A stretch of DNA of 63,511 nucleotides, filler included, from Catajapyx aquilonaris (lineage: Eukaryota), in assembly GCA_000934665.2 (NCBI GenBank). It is 2 parts of 2 records of this genome, joined end to end, with 100 filler letters (N's around TTAATTAATTAA, not from the genome) between each part and the next. Parts side by side here need not be neighbours in the genome. Positions count along the whole stretch, not along the records: positions 31,741 to 63,511 come from JYFJ02004506.1; 1 more part is not named here. One strand, written 5' to 3'. Positions within the stretch are counted from its first letter, which is position 1. Every line of letters starts with the position of its first letter. A program made the position numbers and the translations under genes. This document shows positions 35,601 through 49,000 of this stretch, piece by piece. The notes under the pieces are model-generated. The model was not told the DNA's origin, made no database searches, and saw nothing but the letters and a program-made list of their open reading frames with translations.

Positions 35601-38600
35601 CAAATTTTTCTTTGGCATTAATTCTGGGCTAATTGTTGACAACAATTAACAATAATTATATAAATATTTTGTGTCAGGTGTACCTTCAGAAGTAAAGAAC
35701 AGCTTTGGTACCAGTTCAGAACACATGTGCATTTAAATATTATTCATTACACACCATTTTCAACTTGTACACTGGAAATTTTAACATGAAAAAAGTCCAG
35801 TCTCTTTGTTACTTGCAAGGAAAAATCATGCACCTTCTTGATCGTGATCTATTTTGGTGTGTATGTCAGTTACACTGTGCATTTGGCATATGTACTGGTA
35901 GTCAGTCTTGCTAACAGTGGCAGCAAAATTTCAACACGTAGTGGCTAACATGAACCGAAGTAGCTAGGTATGAATATGTGCTGCAAATAGTGTTCACAGT
36001 GTAGCTTGCATAGTGTGGTGCATGAACTGTACCATCATGGTATATGGAGGGTCAAAAATGGCCAGCAACTTTACCAATTTCAGGGTCAGAAAGTGCCCCG
36101 AGAACTGCCTCAGCATTTTGAATGTGCTAGCCCAGTACTGCTCAGCGCTCTGGTGACACATACCGTATTTGACGGAATATAAGACACACTTTTTTCTCGA
36201 AATTATCGCTCAAAAAATCGCCATGCGTCTATATGCAAAAATACAATGAAGGTTTTTTTCCTGAACATAATCTGCTGAAATGGGGTCTTATATGCCCAGG
36301 TGTCTTATATGCCATAAAATACGATAATTACTTTCCATCATTTAAAATGGTTAAAGTTTTGTTGCATTACTCTGGTGACCCGATATCTAGACGGGTATTC
36401 ATGTTATAAGCTCATAACAGTGTCACTAATATTGGGAGATGCAGTGGCCGAGATGGTAACGTCTCGGCTTGCTGAGTGAAAGGTCCCAGGTTCGATCCCC
36501 GCCTGGGATTTCCCTTTCACCTGTATCGGGAGGGTCTCTGACTCGCACCTTGGAGGTGTCTGGCAACCTAACCTCCTGGGGAACAGCACATGACCCATTT
36601 ATCGGTCGGTATAGCACTTGCACCTACGTTCTCTCCCCAACAATCCCTATCTTCACCCATTGTCCTTGTTTTCCCTGGATCAGAGTCTGAAGAAAAAACA
36701 GAGAAATTCTGAGAAAATCAAATGGTGGAAATCCACCCCCCTAAAAGGGCTCTGCCCCCTCAAATGGGGTACAATAAAATAATAATAAAAAAAAAACTGT
36801 GTCATTACACTTAATCCCCATCTTAATTATCCAGTAATTAAGGTAGGTGAAGTGGCGCAGCGGTAACGCCCGCGCCCACGGATATCAAGGTCCCAGGTTC
36901 GATCCCCACCCGGGGTTCCCACCTTTATCCGTGCAGAGTTGGGCCATCTCTGGCTTCATTTCGGGTGGCAATTTCCGATAGACTAAGCCACCCGGGGGAG
37001 TTCACAAAATGACTGGTAGAGACATTGCACTTGCACTTTGCACATCCCCTCCTACCTATCCTGGAGTAATTAAATAAGATCTTCTTATATGGCTCCAATT
37101 TCCGATGGTGGTAATCCACCCCTCTAAAGGATATGGTAAATCCCAATGAGGTAATGCAAAAAAAAAAAAAAAATCCTGTAATTACGTTTAAAACCAAATA
37201 TAGTAAAACTTATATTAGTCGAACTTCCCTAACTCGAATTTCTATAACTCGGAAGTGCTGGCAGGGCCTTACGATGGGATATCAATGCATTTTCAGTCTC
37301 CCTAAGTTGAAGTTCATGTTGGCGAATACGGAATATTTTCTCATTTCCCAGCCGAAGGGTCGAGAGTATAGGCCACATGTACAGAAAGGCTCAATTTCCT
37401 GATCTCCGTCTACCAGACGTACCGAAAGAAGTGTTTGACTCGATTGTGACAATTGAATCCTTGAATCTAAGAGTAGGCAAAAAAATGTCCATAACAGAGT
37501 TTTTTTTAACAACTAAACAACGACGAACATTGTAAGTGTGATAATGACAGTTATTTTTAAGTTTTGAACCCTTTTCGTCGCTGGATATCTTCCTTATAGA
37601 GTTATGTGCTTTAAAAACATCCAAACTTCTCTAACTCGAATTTTCTATAACTCGAAGTTTTACTGTACAGCAACTGTTCATAATGAATACCAGCTTTATT
37701 TAAAAGTAGGTTACTCCTAGGTCCCAAATGGTCCATAAGGGCACGGAGAGTCAAGCTAAGTAAAACACATATGGCTAGATTGCACTTCTTATTAATTGTT
37801 GAAATAACAAACTAACAATTAATAACTAGTGCAATCTGGGCACATTTGTTTAGAGAGTTCAGTGCTCCCTACCATAAGATTAGAAGCCAAGAAAGCACAG
37901 TACCTGGAATGTCATTAATTCCACAATCAATGACAACAGCCCCGGGTTTCACCCAGTGCTTCTTGACAAAGTGTGGCCGCCCAATTGCAACAACAAGAAT
38001 GTCGGCCTGAGCACACTCCTTGTCCAAATTCTTCGTCCTGGAGTGACAGATAGTCACAGTAGCATTGTGCCACTTGAGCAGTTCAGACACTGGAGTGCCA
38101 ACAATTTTGCTTCGGCCAATCACAACTGCACGGCTACCTGATATTTCAACACCACTCCTGTGGGATAAATGCATTACCATTATTAACACATTCCAATCAC
38201 AGGCACTGAGAGACCCTCCAGCAGCAGTATGCAGTAGCTAGTACTAGAAAACCAAAAGTATGGTTCCTGTCTAAAACAGTCAGCCTGATGTTCCCTATGT
38301 AGCAATTCCCATTTACATGTCCCATTGTGCATGCTTGACTTACAAAAATTAGGTTAAAGGCCCTGCAGGTTCCTGCCAAATATTCCTGATATGTCCTGGA
38401 GAGTTGCCAGTCCTAGCCCACAAACACTTCTCCAGCTCTGGTGTATCTACCAGTAGCTTAGATACTGGTAGCATGGAGCTAAGGGTTGTCAGATCATGCA
38501 ACCCTCACTACTATATCAAGGTGGCAGTACCATTGGGGGGTCTGGTGCCAAGTCATGTGGAAAAGAACTCATGGGAGCTGTTCATAACTTTCTCAGTCAA

Positions 38601-39190
38601 AAATACGAGGGCGGTTCTAAAATGATTTACAATTTATTTATTTTTTGTCACAAATACAGGGCCCATGCAAGTCTGCATATAGCCACACATTATCCTGGAG
38701 CTGAATGAACTGGCACCACTGGTGTGTTAACCTCTCCAGGCCCTCCAGGAACCACTTTTTGGTGGTGCAGCACTCCTGGACAACTGCTCACAGTAAACAA
38801 ACGCTGTCTTAAAAATGGTGTTGGCGAAGGTTTTTTTTTTTTTGTGAATCTGAACAGGTGAAAGTCACTGGGAGCCAGGCCGGGGGGAGTGCAGCAGGTG
38901 TGGAAGCACCCATAGCTGTATCCATGGAAAAAAAAAAAACCCTTTGCCGATGCCATTGCCATTGTTGACTGCAAGCAGTTGTCCGGGAGTAGGTACACCG
39001 CACCTCCTAAATGTGGTTCCTGGAGGACCGGGAGATGCTGCCACACCCGCGGTCCCAGTGCATTCAGCTTCAGGAGGATTCCCTCAATAATGTGTGCCTA
39101 CCTGCTGACCTGCATGAATACTGTATTTGTGGCAAAAAAAATTAATGTAAATAACTTTGGAATGGCCCTCGTACATTATTGTTGTTATTG

Positions 39191-39233
<43 letters not shown>

Positions 39234-42200
39234 GATACACCCCGTGCTAGAGCCATAGGATCTCTTAGGGGAGTGGATTACCACTATCGTGCAGGGACAG
39301 GGTAGGGATGGGATGGGAGGGGGGGACACTGGTCCATGTGCAATGTCATCAAGTTGGGGGTCGTGTGCAGTCCCTCAGGGGGCCCGTTCGCCAAGATGAC
39401 CCCCTAGATGAGACTCAGAAACTGACAGACACTGACCCGCACCTCCTCCAGGGCAGGGAAAGGAAGGAAGCGGCTGTGGCCTATTTTACGGTACTATCCC
39501 AGAAATTTTTCCTGGGGCGACCTTGGGAAACCACAGAAAACCAAGGTCAGGATCGCCGGCCTCCGGGATTCGAACCCAGGACCTCGCGATTAGCAGTCGG
39601 ACCACTCCACCACTACTGCTTCGGTGACCCTCGTACATTAAATGAAAGTGTTGGTTGACAGAAGACATGGAAAATGGGGAGGGGGGAGAGAATCGAGGGC
39701 TGGGGGGNTCAGTTGCAAAATATTCTCTTAGTCGCTTACCTCTCCTATATTTACTGTATGCTAATATCCCAAATCTTGGAACTAAGCAAAATGTCTACAA
39801 AATTCAACATAATATGTATCTTCAACTTCTGAAAAATGTGCCTCTCCAATATTAAAAAAGCAAAAAAGTTGTTGTACAGTCATAAGAAATCATAGACAAA
39901 AGCAAATGAGAGGTTTCATATAATGATGGCGACTGGCACACCACACACCTTTAGGAATGATGTCAATCAATCAAACAGTAGGCTTTGAATGTCCTCCTGG
40001 ATTATATCAGGAGTTTCACCGAGTACATTGACAGGTTTACTATTGTCCTTTGCATTGTGGGAAGATCTTTGTGGGTTCACATCCACTAAGGGATTTGGTA
40101 TATCGAAATTATTTGCTACTATACAGGGTGGTCGGGTAAATGGCGCCTGATCTTCACGTAAAGAGATTCCTTGAGAAAAAACAGTATAGGGAAGTGAAGG
40201 TCCGAGTGGCCTACTTTGAGTGGTTATCGCTCACGAGGCCTCCGAACGTTGAAACCAAATCATGATGTCACATCCACCTGCACCATTCAAATGCTACCAT
40301 ATCGCTTCTGTATGCAGCACATGAAGCAAGCAAGCAATTCTGATGGTGATCTTGACACTGAACAATGCAGGCAGTGGCAGTTGTTGCGAGAGTCGCTGGA
40401 ACATGTAGTACTGTACAAGAGCGCCATGGTCAAGTCTCGCCTCACCATTCATTCCGGTTGTACTATTAGATCCTACATACATTGGCAATCGTTGTCACTG
40501 TATACCACCTGCATACAGTAGCAACATGGTAGCATTTGAATAGTGCAGGCGAATGTGACGTCACTCCAACATTCGGAGGCCTCGTGAGCAATAACTACGC
40601 ATTGTAGAGCAATAGGACCTTCACTTCCCTATACTGGTTATTCCCAAGGAATCTCGTTACGTGAAGATTGGGCGCCATTTACCGACCACCCTGTATATGA
40701 ATTTTAAATGAACTTAACCGAATGTGCAACTCAGTTCGCGCAAATTGTTTCCAACACTACGCTTGAGGGGGTAACAATATGGCTAACTTTTGCGACATTG
40801 TCAAGGCTTTGGAACGAACCTTAGAGGCTACCAGTGTGAATTTGGCCCATGGGGAGTAACTGTGGCATTGTTGTTGCCGGAACAACGGACTTGCACGAGT
40901 GTGGGTTGCTCTCTCACTCAGTTGCACTCGCAAAAATATTCATCCATGGGAAAGATTCTTACATACATACAGAATCAAAAACACTGAGGAAAAAAATCAC
41001 TAAGTCTTATTCATGCTCTTACATGCATACTTGTGTGTGTGTGTAAGTGCATAACATTTCACACACAACTCATAGCAACATAAAGTGACCCTCAGTTAGT
41101 ATAACACAATTCTAGCATTTCCCACTATTATTTGTAAAATCTGACTCCAATTGATATACAAATACAGGAAAAAGAAAGAGAAATAATGCCAACTGTATAA
41201 TTCCTTTACCAATGTTTGTAAATGCATTGATACACATAATATAGTCCAATTATAACTGTCTACCCAAGTCATTGAAATAATATTGTACTGTCAGCTGTGT
41301 ACCCTCTTAAAGGATCGATAATCCTAATATAGTACAATGAATAGATATATGAGATTATTATATGGAAAAGGATATCCATCATTTTACATAATGTGTCATG
41401 CCTATATATAATCAAATTCCACATGGGGCCCCATTGGGCCATCTTAGGCAAAAGTGCTTCTTTAGGCAGAAAGATGGAGCCCCAAGACTTCAAGCAGAGT
41501 GCATTTCAGAGTGCTACATAATGCCACCTCATGCATCTGCGAAAGTTGAATTACTGTTTACTAGGGAATTCACTTTTGATTTTAAAATCTCACAATTTTT
41601 TTAAAGTTCAAGTTTTTGATAATAATCCCAAATGTTTCAAATCCAAAATCTTACCTTTTGATAAGCTCGATGCATCCATTAGGTGTACACGGTAGGAACC
41701 CAGACTGTAAGTCACCAATAGAAACCTTTCCCTCATTGATTGTGTGCAGGCCATCAACATCCTTATTAGGGGACACTGCATCTGTCACTAGGTGAGAATC
41801 TATGGGATTGTCAGTGTCCAGAGGCATCTGCACAATCATTCCATGAACTGATGGATCCTCATTCAGGCGATGTATTTCATTTAAAAGCTGGGAGGAGGAA
41901 AAAAGCAACAGTTTACAGTTTGAAAATCTCAGCCTGTACGCCTTTAAAATTTATTCAAGTGTACTTTGCAGAAGTAGAAGCAAAGGAGTCAATTCCATCA
42001 CTATACGACTCCTACATGACGTGAAATAAGAGAAGAACTACATCACTGCAAAGTTCATTTTTTCCTTTCACTCATGCATTCCATGTCAGTGTCAAATGAA
42101 AAATATTAATACTTTCTTCAGTCCATGCGCAGGAAGCCTACTGCATAAAATTACTTGCATTCAAGAATCCTTAGGATATCTCTCTATTGGAAGAGCTATG

Positions 42201-45200
42201 AAAAACAGGTCCTGGGCTCACATAAAGGCCTGTATCTACTCTCAAATATGTATATTATCTTCATTACCCCAGAAGGGCTTTATACAGCCATATGGGGGAG
42301 ACAGGTCCAGTAGACACACATTATTTAAACAGGAGTAGATATGGTTTTACAGTAGGTTTATACGTTTGTTTACATTATTCAGAAAATTTTGTAGGTCGTA
42401 GTAGTTAACACCTGCTACATTGGAAAGCATCAGCTGAAGGTTTTGGCTTGGGGCTGGCGGAAAAGAATGCAGAAACAAAAGCCGAGGCGTGGAAAAAAAC
42501 GGGCATTTGTAAATAATATGGTAAAGAACAAAAGGTACATGAAAGTTACAAAACGTATCTACTCTCAAATAGCAAGTGTTTAAACCCGTTCAATCTCTTG
42601 AATCAAAATAGGTTCTCATAACAATTGACCTCAGAGTATCCCATCTCTCTAGAAATGGGTCATGATCTGTACATGCTTGCAAACCACACTAAAAGGATAC
42701 TCATCAAATAGCATGCATACCTTGGCATATTATTTCAGAATGAAATGAATTGGCCTCTTTCCTGTTCAGAGCCCCCTACCGGTTTCAACTCCCCATGGTC
42801 CCAAGATGGCGGCGAAATAGGTCCAGGAAGGATCGGGCTTCCACCTTTTTACATGTGTTTTCGGCACTTTTCCGATGCCCAGAACTTGTTAATTACGAGG
42901 TGTGTCTGGCCAAAGTGGGTGGGGGCTGGTTGGCGGGAATTCAGGCTTTAACGTGACGTTTTTTTTTTCTCGAAATAAGGCTTCTGGCGGCAGCCACGAA
43001 GGTTTTTAACCCTGTACTGCACACATTTAGGATTGTGGGAAGAAAAAAATTCTAACGCCTTTTTCTCATCATATGCGACGTAAGGATGGTTTTTATTATG
43101 TTTTGGTCATCTCTGACCCAATGACTTTGAAGTTACACCGGGTGAGTCAAAAGTCATGGCGAGTATTTTTTTATTCAAAAATGGTAACACATACAGAGAT
43201 GACCTTTGCTAAGTTTTGAAGGTCCGGTGATTACAATTTCATCTGATAAATAGATGGCATCCATATCGCAAAGGGGACCAGAAAACTAAAAGCGATCATA
43301 ACCCCCACCCTTCCACCGTCTCATGCAGCTCGGGGTGGGGGGTCACGATCCCCTTTCGTTTACCGGCTCCCCTTGAGATCTCGGGGCCATCTATATTCCA
43401 GTCCAAATTGTAATCGCCGGGCCTTTAAAATGTAGTAATGGTCATATCTGTACATATTTCCGTTTTCGAATAAAAATAGTACAATGACTTAGGACTCAAA
43501 CCTCAAGCAATATTGTGCCTGCGCCGCCAAAAAATTGTGATGAAATTGTGCTGGCAAAATTAGAATGGCCTCAAATGGCGACGAGAGAGCTACTCTTGCA
43601 GTGTTACACATGCAATTGGATATTTAATATCTGCACCTATATCTAATCAGCTCCAGAAACAATTGCTGCTTCAGCAAATTCAAATTTCGCGCCATTTTCA
43701 ACGACCTTGGCTCCTCTCCGCTTCATACCATATCCCCATCGTAACATTGTCGACATTGCATGTCATCCAGCGGAAGCTAACAAACTAACTGTGACATCAA
43801 GCCACACTGTGGTTTCCAGGACCAATGTTCAAGCTTATGGCACCTGCGCAAATTAATTGTTGCCCTCAGGCAACAATGCCTGCTACAGGGTTAATAGGGT
43901 CGATCTCGCATGCCTGTCGCATTACGAACCAGGTTTTCACATCCCTTTTCCGCAGTTTTGACACCCGAACTTTTCAGCAAAGGACGCCAGAGTATTGCCA
44001 GTGCAGGACGCCATGCTCGTGTGATGTTCCGAGCCGCGAAAGTATAAGCGCAAAATAAAACAAACGTGCGCGCGAAATTTTAAAGGAGGAGATCGATGCC
44101 ACATATCAGTCGCAATAAAAGTTGGTCCATGACATATTTTATTTGTGACAAATGTGATCAGCCACGTCTAAATAATATATGGTGTAGTTGGCTAGTTGCC
44201 TGGTGTAGTTGCCTGGGTTAATTTTTGCATGTGAACATTTTCAAGGCAGACAAAGCAGACTGCTATAAATAATAAAGAGGCCAATCGCGACAATAAATCA
44301 CAACTTTTGCTGCAAATTCACAAATTTTTCTGCCTGCTCTATGCCTAAAAAGCACACTATTCCATGCTAATTAATGAAACTATCAAAAAAAAATGCAAAA
44401 TTAGGTCAGCCATAAATTATGCAGGACCGAAAAAGGTCATAATAATTTTCTTATGCCGTCTGAGATGTAGAATACTGTGAGCAATAATTACATTATTCAT
44501 TTATGCAATATTTCATTGTGGTTGCAGAACCCTTTTAAACTTACCAGTTAATTGCAATGCAAACTAGCCAACTGCACCATATATTATTTAGACGTGGCTC
44601 ATCACATTTGTCACCAATATAATATTTCATGGACCAACTTTTATTGCGACTGATATGCAGCAGATCGATCTCCTCCTTTCATATTTCGCGCGCACATTTG
44701 TTTTATTTTGCGCTTACTTTCGCGGCTCGGAACATAACACGAGCATGGCGTCCTGCACTAGGAATACTCTGGCGTCCTTTGCTGAAAAGTTCGGGTATCA
44801 AAACTGCGGAAAAGGAACGTGAAAACGTGGTTCGTAATGTGACGGGCATGCGAGATCGACCCTATTAAAAACCTTCATGGCCGCCGCCAGAAGCCCTATT
44901 TCGAGAAAAAAAAACCTGTCACGTTAAAGCCTGAATTCCCGCCAACTAGCCCCCACCCACTTTGGCCAGAGACACCTCGTAATTAACAAGTTCTGGGCAT
45001 CGGAAAAGTGCCGAAAACACATGTAAAAAGGTGGAAGCCCGATCCTTCCTGGACCTATTTCGCCGCCATCTTGGGACCATGGGGAGTTGAAACCGGTAGG
45101 GGGCTCTGAACAGGAAAGTCACGAATTAACCCAGACATCCACTGATAAACATACCTCAACTTCAGTGATGGTTCTTGGAAACTTGATGTGCTGTGCATTG

Positions 45201-46004
45201 ATCCCAATGGCACTCGCTGCCTTTATTTTCATCCGTATGTACACATTGGAATCCTCCCTGCCCCCAACTTGAATTATAGCTAGCCCAGGGATGAATCCTG
45301 GATAGGCCTCTTTCAGCTCTGCAACTTCTTGTTGCAACTGCTCACGAATTTGTCTAGTAGAAAATGGGAGAAAGGAAATGTTAGACAATTTCCTAGTCAT
45401 AATAACTATCTTTACATATTATCCTTTAGGCGTTTAGGGCTTTAGGCAATGGTGCAACAGAGGAAAAAGTAAAACAGCAATACATAGTTCAACTAAAATA
45501 TTGTGGCAATATTGATCCATTAACTTATCCCAATCCCATCCCATACTCCCAATCCAAACACAAGGTTGCAGTTAGTGCTGTTGTACAACACAAGTCATAT
45601 TCGATCTAAACTATTGTCAATAATATTTTAATGTCAGCAATTTTATAACCTAGAAATCATCACATGCAAATATGACAGTTACCAGCTGTAGGAACTGTTA
45701 CATCAACAGTAATGGAAAGGGTCAACGAATGTCATGTGGACTGGAATGGACATGTTACACTTTGAACCAACCATCCACTTTCTGAGCTTCATGTGAAGGT
45801 CAAATATTGCGCATGGACAGTTGGACACAAACCTCATTCCTTAGATAAGTGAATATGAGTACTAAGAATGAGCTGTCACATTCGGTTGAAAACACATTCT
45901 GTAGACAATCAGCTTTTTGACCTGGCACCCCTCAGATGTACTTACTTTGCAACTTCTGTTCCTGAAAGAATCGCAGCTTCACCATCTCCACTTTGATTGG
46001 CCAT
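32632..46004 (-). CDS. MTHFD1: C-1-tetrahydrofolate synthase (MTHFD1 / pugilist-type trifunctional enzyme), 5' 612 codons; exons 46004-45946, 45353-45155, 41887-41655, 38157-37904, 34051-33652, 33322-32632
   Basis: [13 protein letters not shown]...[22 protein letters not shown]...[72 protein letters not shown]. Splice phases all consistent (2,0,2,1,2,0). The C-terminal synthetase exons are missing at the join. Confidence 0.96.
34148..34211 (+). mobile_element. Solo 3'-tail retroposed insertion (severely 5'-truncated SINE/LINE)
   Basis: CCCCCAAAAAGGGGTACTGCCCTTGAAAGGGGTAACGTAAATAAAA resembles the shared SINE tail; 15-bp TSD AAAGTCATAAGTAAT (34133-34147, 34212-34226). Confidence 0.8.
34232..35138 (-). 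mobile_element. Internally deleted mariner transposon with transposase pseudogene
   Basis: Perfect TIR CGAGGTGCTACCCAAAATTTCCGAGAATT, TA TSD; relic [12 protein letters not shown]...[20 protein letters not shown] (HDNAPxH / YSPDLAP motifs). Confidence 0.9.
36163..36324. mobile_element. pogo-like MITE
   Basis: TA|CCGTATTTGACGGAATATAAGACAC ... GTGTCTTATATGCCATAAAATACGA|TA. Confidence 0.7.
36434..36795 (+). mobile_element. tRNA-derived SINE, family A
   Basis: Homologous to 25751-26103, including the tail. Confidence 0.85.
36843..37173 (+). mobile_element. tRNA-derived SINE, family B
   Basis: A/B boxes, family B body, shared tail, poly(A), near-TSD TCC(A/T)GTAATTA. Confidence 0.85.
37201..37665. 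mobile_element. Tigger-like MITE
   Basis: TAGTAAAACTT ... AAGTTTTACTG|TA with internal TAACTCGAA repeats. Confidence 0.65.
38606..39171 (-). mobile_element. Mariner relic
   Basis: TA|CGAGGGCGGTTCTAAAAT ... ACTTTGGAATGGCCCTCG|TA; relic [12 protein letters not shown]. Confidence 0.75.
39179..39630 (-). mobile_element. tRNA-derived SINE family C with shared tail and (AAT)n
   Basis: B box GGGTTCGAATCCC; tail GTGGTAATCCACTCCCCTAAGAGATCCTATGGCTCTAGCACGGG; TSD (CCC)TCGTACATTA at 39166-39178 and 39628-39640. Confidence 0.85.
40124..40693. mobile_element. Tc1/mariner-like foldback MITE
   Basis: TA|CAGGGTGGTCGGGTAAATGGCGCC ... GGCGCCATTTACCGACCACCCTG|TA; ~190-bp diverged arms. Confidence 0.85.
42757..45118. 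mobile_element. Large foldback element (~450-bp inverted arms) with nested insertions
   Basis: 42757-43009 plus 43891-~44110 is the reverse complement of ~44650-45118. Confidence 0.9.
43010..43890. mobile_element. piggyBac-like MITE (TTAA TSD), itself containing a mariner-like foldback at ~43136-43503
   Basis: TTAA|CCCTGTA ... TACAGGG|TTAA; a single TTAA is present at the mirror site, 44865-44868. Confidence 0.85.
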
Positions 46005-49000
46005 TGTCTGGTCAACAGCAGAAATGATGCCTTGATATGCAGGATGCAGAGAACTCTGGAAAGAATATGAACAGTAGCCCAGTTCAGAAGTATGGCAGTT
46101 TCTTGGTGAAAAAGTGGCCATGGAAGTACTGCTCCCTGACCCATGACTCTTATTGAGAAAAAAATTGTTGGTTTTTTGTTACCAAGAGGAATATTCTTGA
46201 ATAACAAGGCTGAATTTTAAATAGCACTATATTAATACTGGACATTTTATACGAGGAGTAAGGTGGTCAAAATAAGAAACTTCTCAATTCTTCACCAAAG
46301 TTAGCTCCATTCTCACAAAATTGATTTCCAGTTTTCACACATGCACATATTCTTTGGGAGGGGGGATCTCTTTCAAAATAATGATTGATATCTAACTTAA
46401 TGACAAACATATTTATAACTACTGTGGCATGTTCCAATTGGAACACCCCTGCATCATTTAACCTTGGGTGGGCTTCCTCACAAAACCCCCTCCTGGGATA
46501 TATGGAATTAGAAGTAAGAACATATCATTAATCACCTTATAAAGGCTTTGCAATGCAACATTTCATCAGAAGTCTGGGTAGAAGTTAAGCTACAACCATT
46601 TATGAAATGGGTTGCAAGTTATAAATGTAAAATATAAACATAGTGGAAATATAAATTATAAATGATTAAGAACTTGCTATCCTGTAATTCATATTAGTAG
46701 TGCTCTGCCCATATTTCTGGTGCACAGCTGCATATTTATTATGCAGGTAATTTTCAGGACAGCCATGTTAGGGTAATTCCACCGTAACTGATGCAACATT
46801 TGGAAAGGGATTCATGCTGTACTTATATTTATTGCAATGGCAAATGTTAATAGAAAAGAAACTTAAAATTATTCCCATGTGGCTGCCTCCTGGTAGCTTA
46901 TTGCCATATTTTTAGAATTTCGCAGTAGCAACTTGAATCACCTCCATAACATATCAATAAAATGTAACTGACGTAACATGAAAAAGACAAGCTCTTTGGG
47001 GGCAGCTGTAGTGACGTAAAACCCTGTGAGCTGAATGTGTATTGTTACAACTTATATCTAATCTATACTCTAACAGCAATTTTGTGATTATTTCAGACCA
47101 CGCCTGTTCATGTTAATGTTGTAAGGAGAAATTAGGATTAACGTAACTGAAGCTTAACAAACACTAGTAACTCATGCGACTTTCCACTAAAATATCGTGC
47201 TATACCATGGCTCTGCTGCTATTTGGGCAGAAAGTTGCTACACCTAATGCATCTGACATAATGACCTGCTTTCAATAAGCCAACTACCACCCCACAATAC
47301 GCGACTTCATTTTTGGATAACGTCTCATCTGTTCCCGTGGAATTATCCATTACCAAATGAATACCATTCCTTCCTTCTGTAACTCTGATTCACAGTTTAT
47401 GGCCAGTGCACAAAGAAGGGAGGGGAAGGGCGAAAGATTTTGGCTAAAATGTCACTGGCAGTCGCACTTTACTTGCTATGTATTTCAAAGTTCATGCATA
47501 TTTGCTGAAAGATAGTATTATAACTATTAGGTTGAGTATTTTACCTTCACACACACGAGCCATTTGTTACAGCACAAGCACAACAGCATACTGCAAAATT
47601 TCCAGAAATACTAATGGAGCTTCTCTAATATGAAACAATTTTTTTTTAAATTGTTTATTTTGTGCAGTCTGCTCCTGCTTCCTCAATCCTGAACAAAATG
47701 GGAACAGTCAAGGTCCAACTCATTTGTCTATCACACTGCAGGTATTACCCAAGCATGCAGGCACAATGCAATCCCATTTGATTACATAACCCCAGAGCTT
47801 CCACTAACAAACCAACAATACCAATATCTTGCCTGAGGCAAACGCCCTTCTTCCTTCTGGCCTGATCCTGTGCCACCTGAGCAGACTCGTGCACCTCACC
47901 CCAAACCTCCACACAGCCAAAAAAGTTCTCATCAAACAGGTGGTTTAGAGTCAAGCCAGACTTATGCCAAATTAAATCATCAAGGGATGGGTTGAGGGTG
48001 CAACCCTGCTACATACCCCCACCAGAAAGCAGCCGGTAGCTTACCAGTAACCCCCAGCAACACTGACGCACAGTTCAAAGGTCAGATACAACGTCCTCGT
48101 GTGGTCTTCCTTACTCACAGAGCTTCCATATTTGAACACTGCGTTGTGTTATGTGTTTGAACCGGTTTGAACACACCGGCGCTGAGCGTTCGGATATTCG
48201 CGGAAAATTATTCTGACCTTGTCATACCCAACTGTTCCAGATAATATTTGCAACGTAGTAAGGCAGAATGTAGGCCACAGGTCGAAACCAAGTGTCAATA
48301 ATATTAGCTGACGATTCATGCATTTTAAGCAGTATCAAGGCAGTATACAAATGACAAAGCATGCAACGTGTGATGAGCTGATTTTATGACGTCACTTTTC
48401 CACGTGCACAATGTATTTTTCAAACGAGCCCTAGAAGAGCGGCTTTTGAATGCGTAATCACACAGACTGTGCTTACTACATAATTTTCCACATGTGTGCT
48501 ACAGAAGATTAATCTCATGCCTAATTAATAATTTAGTGGCGTGTTTCGTAGGTAGCGGCATCTGTCAGCTCTTTCGTAGGCAAATCAAGGCCTACCCTAA
48601 TCTAACAAGCGCTTTTTCTCGCTGGTGGGTTTTATTTATTTTCCGAAGAAGTCTTTATTGGCATTAATTTAACTCCAGTTTCTGCTGCTAGGGGTGGAAT
48701 AAAGCTCGACATTTTGAGGCACATGAAACTGGTTTACCAGGCCAAGAAACAGAAGAGACAGGTGCAATTTTTTTGTCCTATTTCGGTACATTGGTGTATG
48801 GTTGTATTCGTGACTGATAACGTGCGGACATATCGATGGGGTTACATATGTGCCCTGCCAATAAGGAAAATGAGTGATAAGTTCATGCATGTCTGTATCA
48901 CGCCCCACTTGCAATCATTGTGTAACTGATTAGACTTGAAATGGCTGGGAATATTCATTCTCCCGTGACTATCTATACTGAGATGTATTTAAAGGTTAAA

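Noticed and set aside
47205..47264. Possible extra MTHFD1 5' exon (VIMSDALGVATFCPNSSRAM)
   Set aside because: Lies inside a probable TE remnant (GGGTAATTCCAC...GTGGAATTATCC, ~46771-47348) and has a weak donor.
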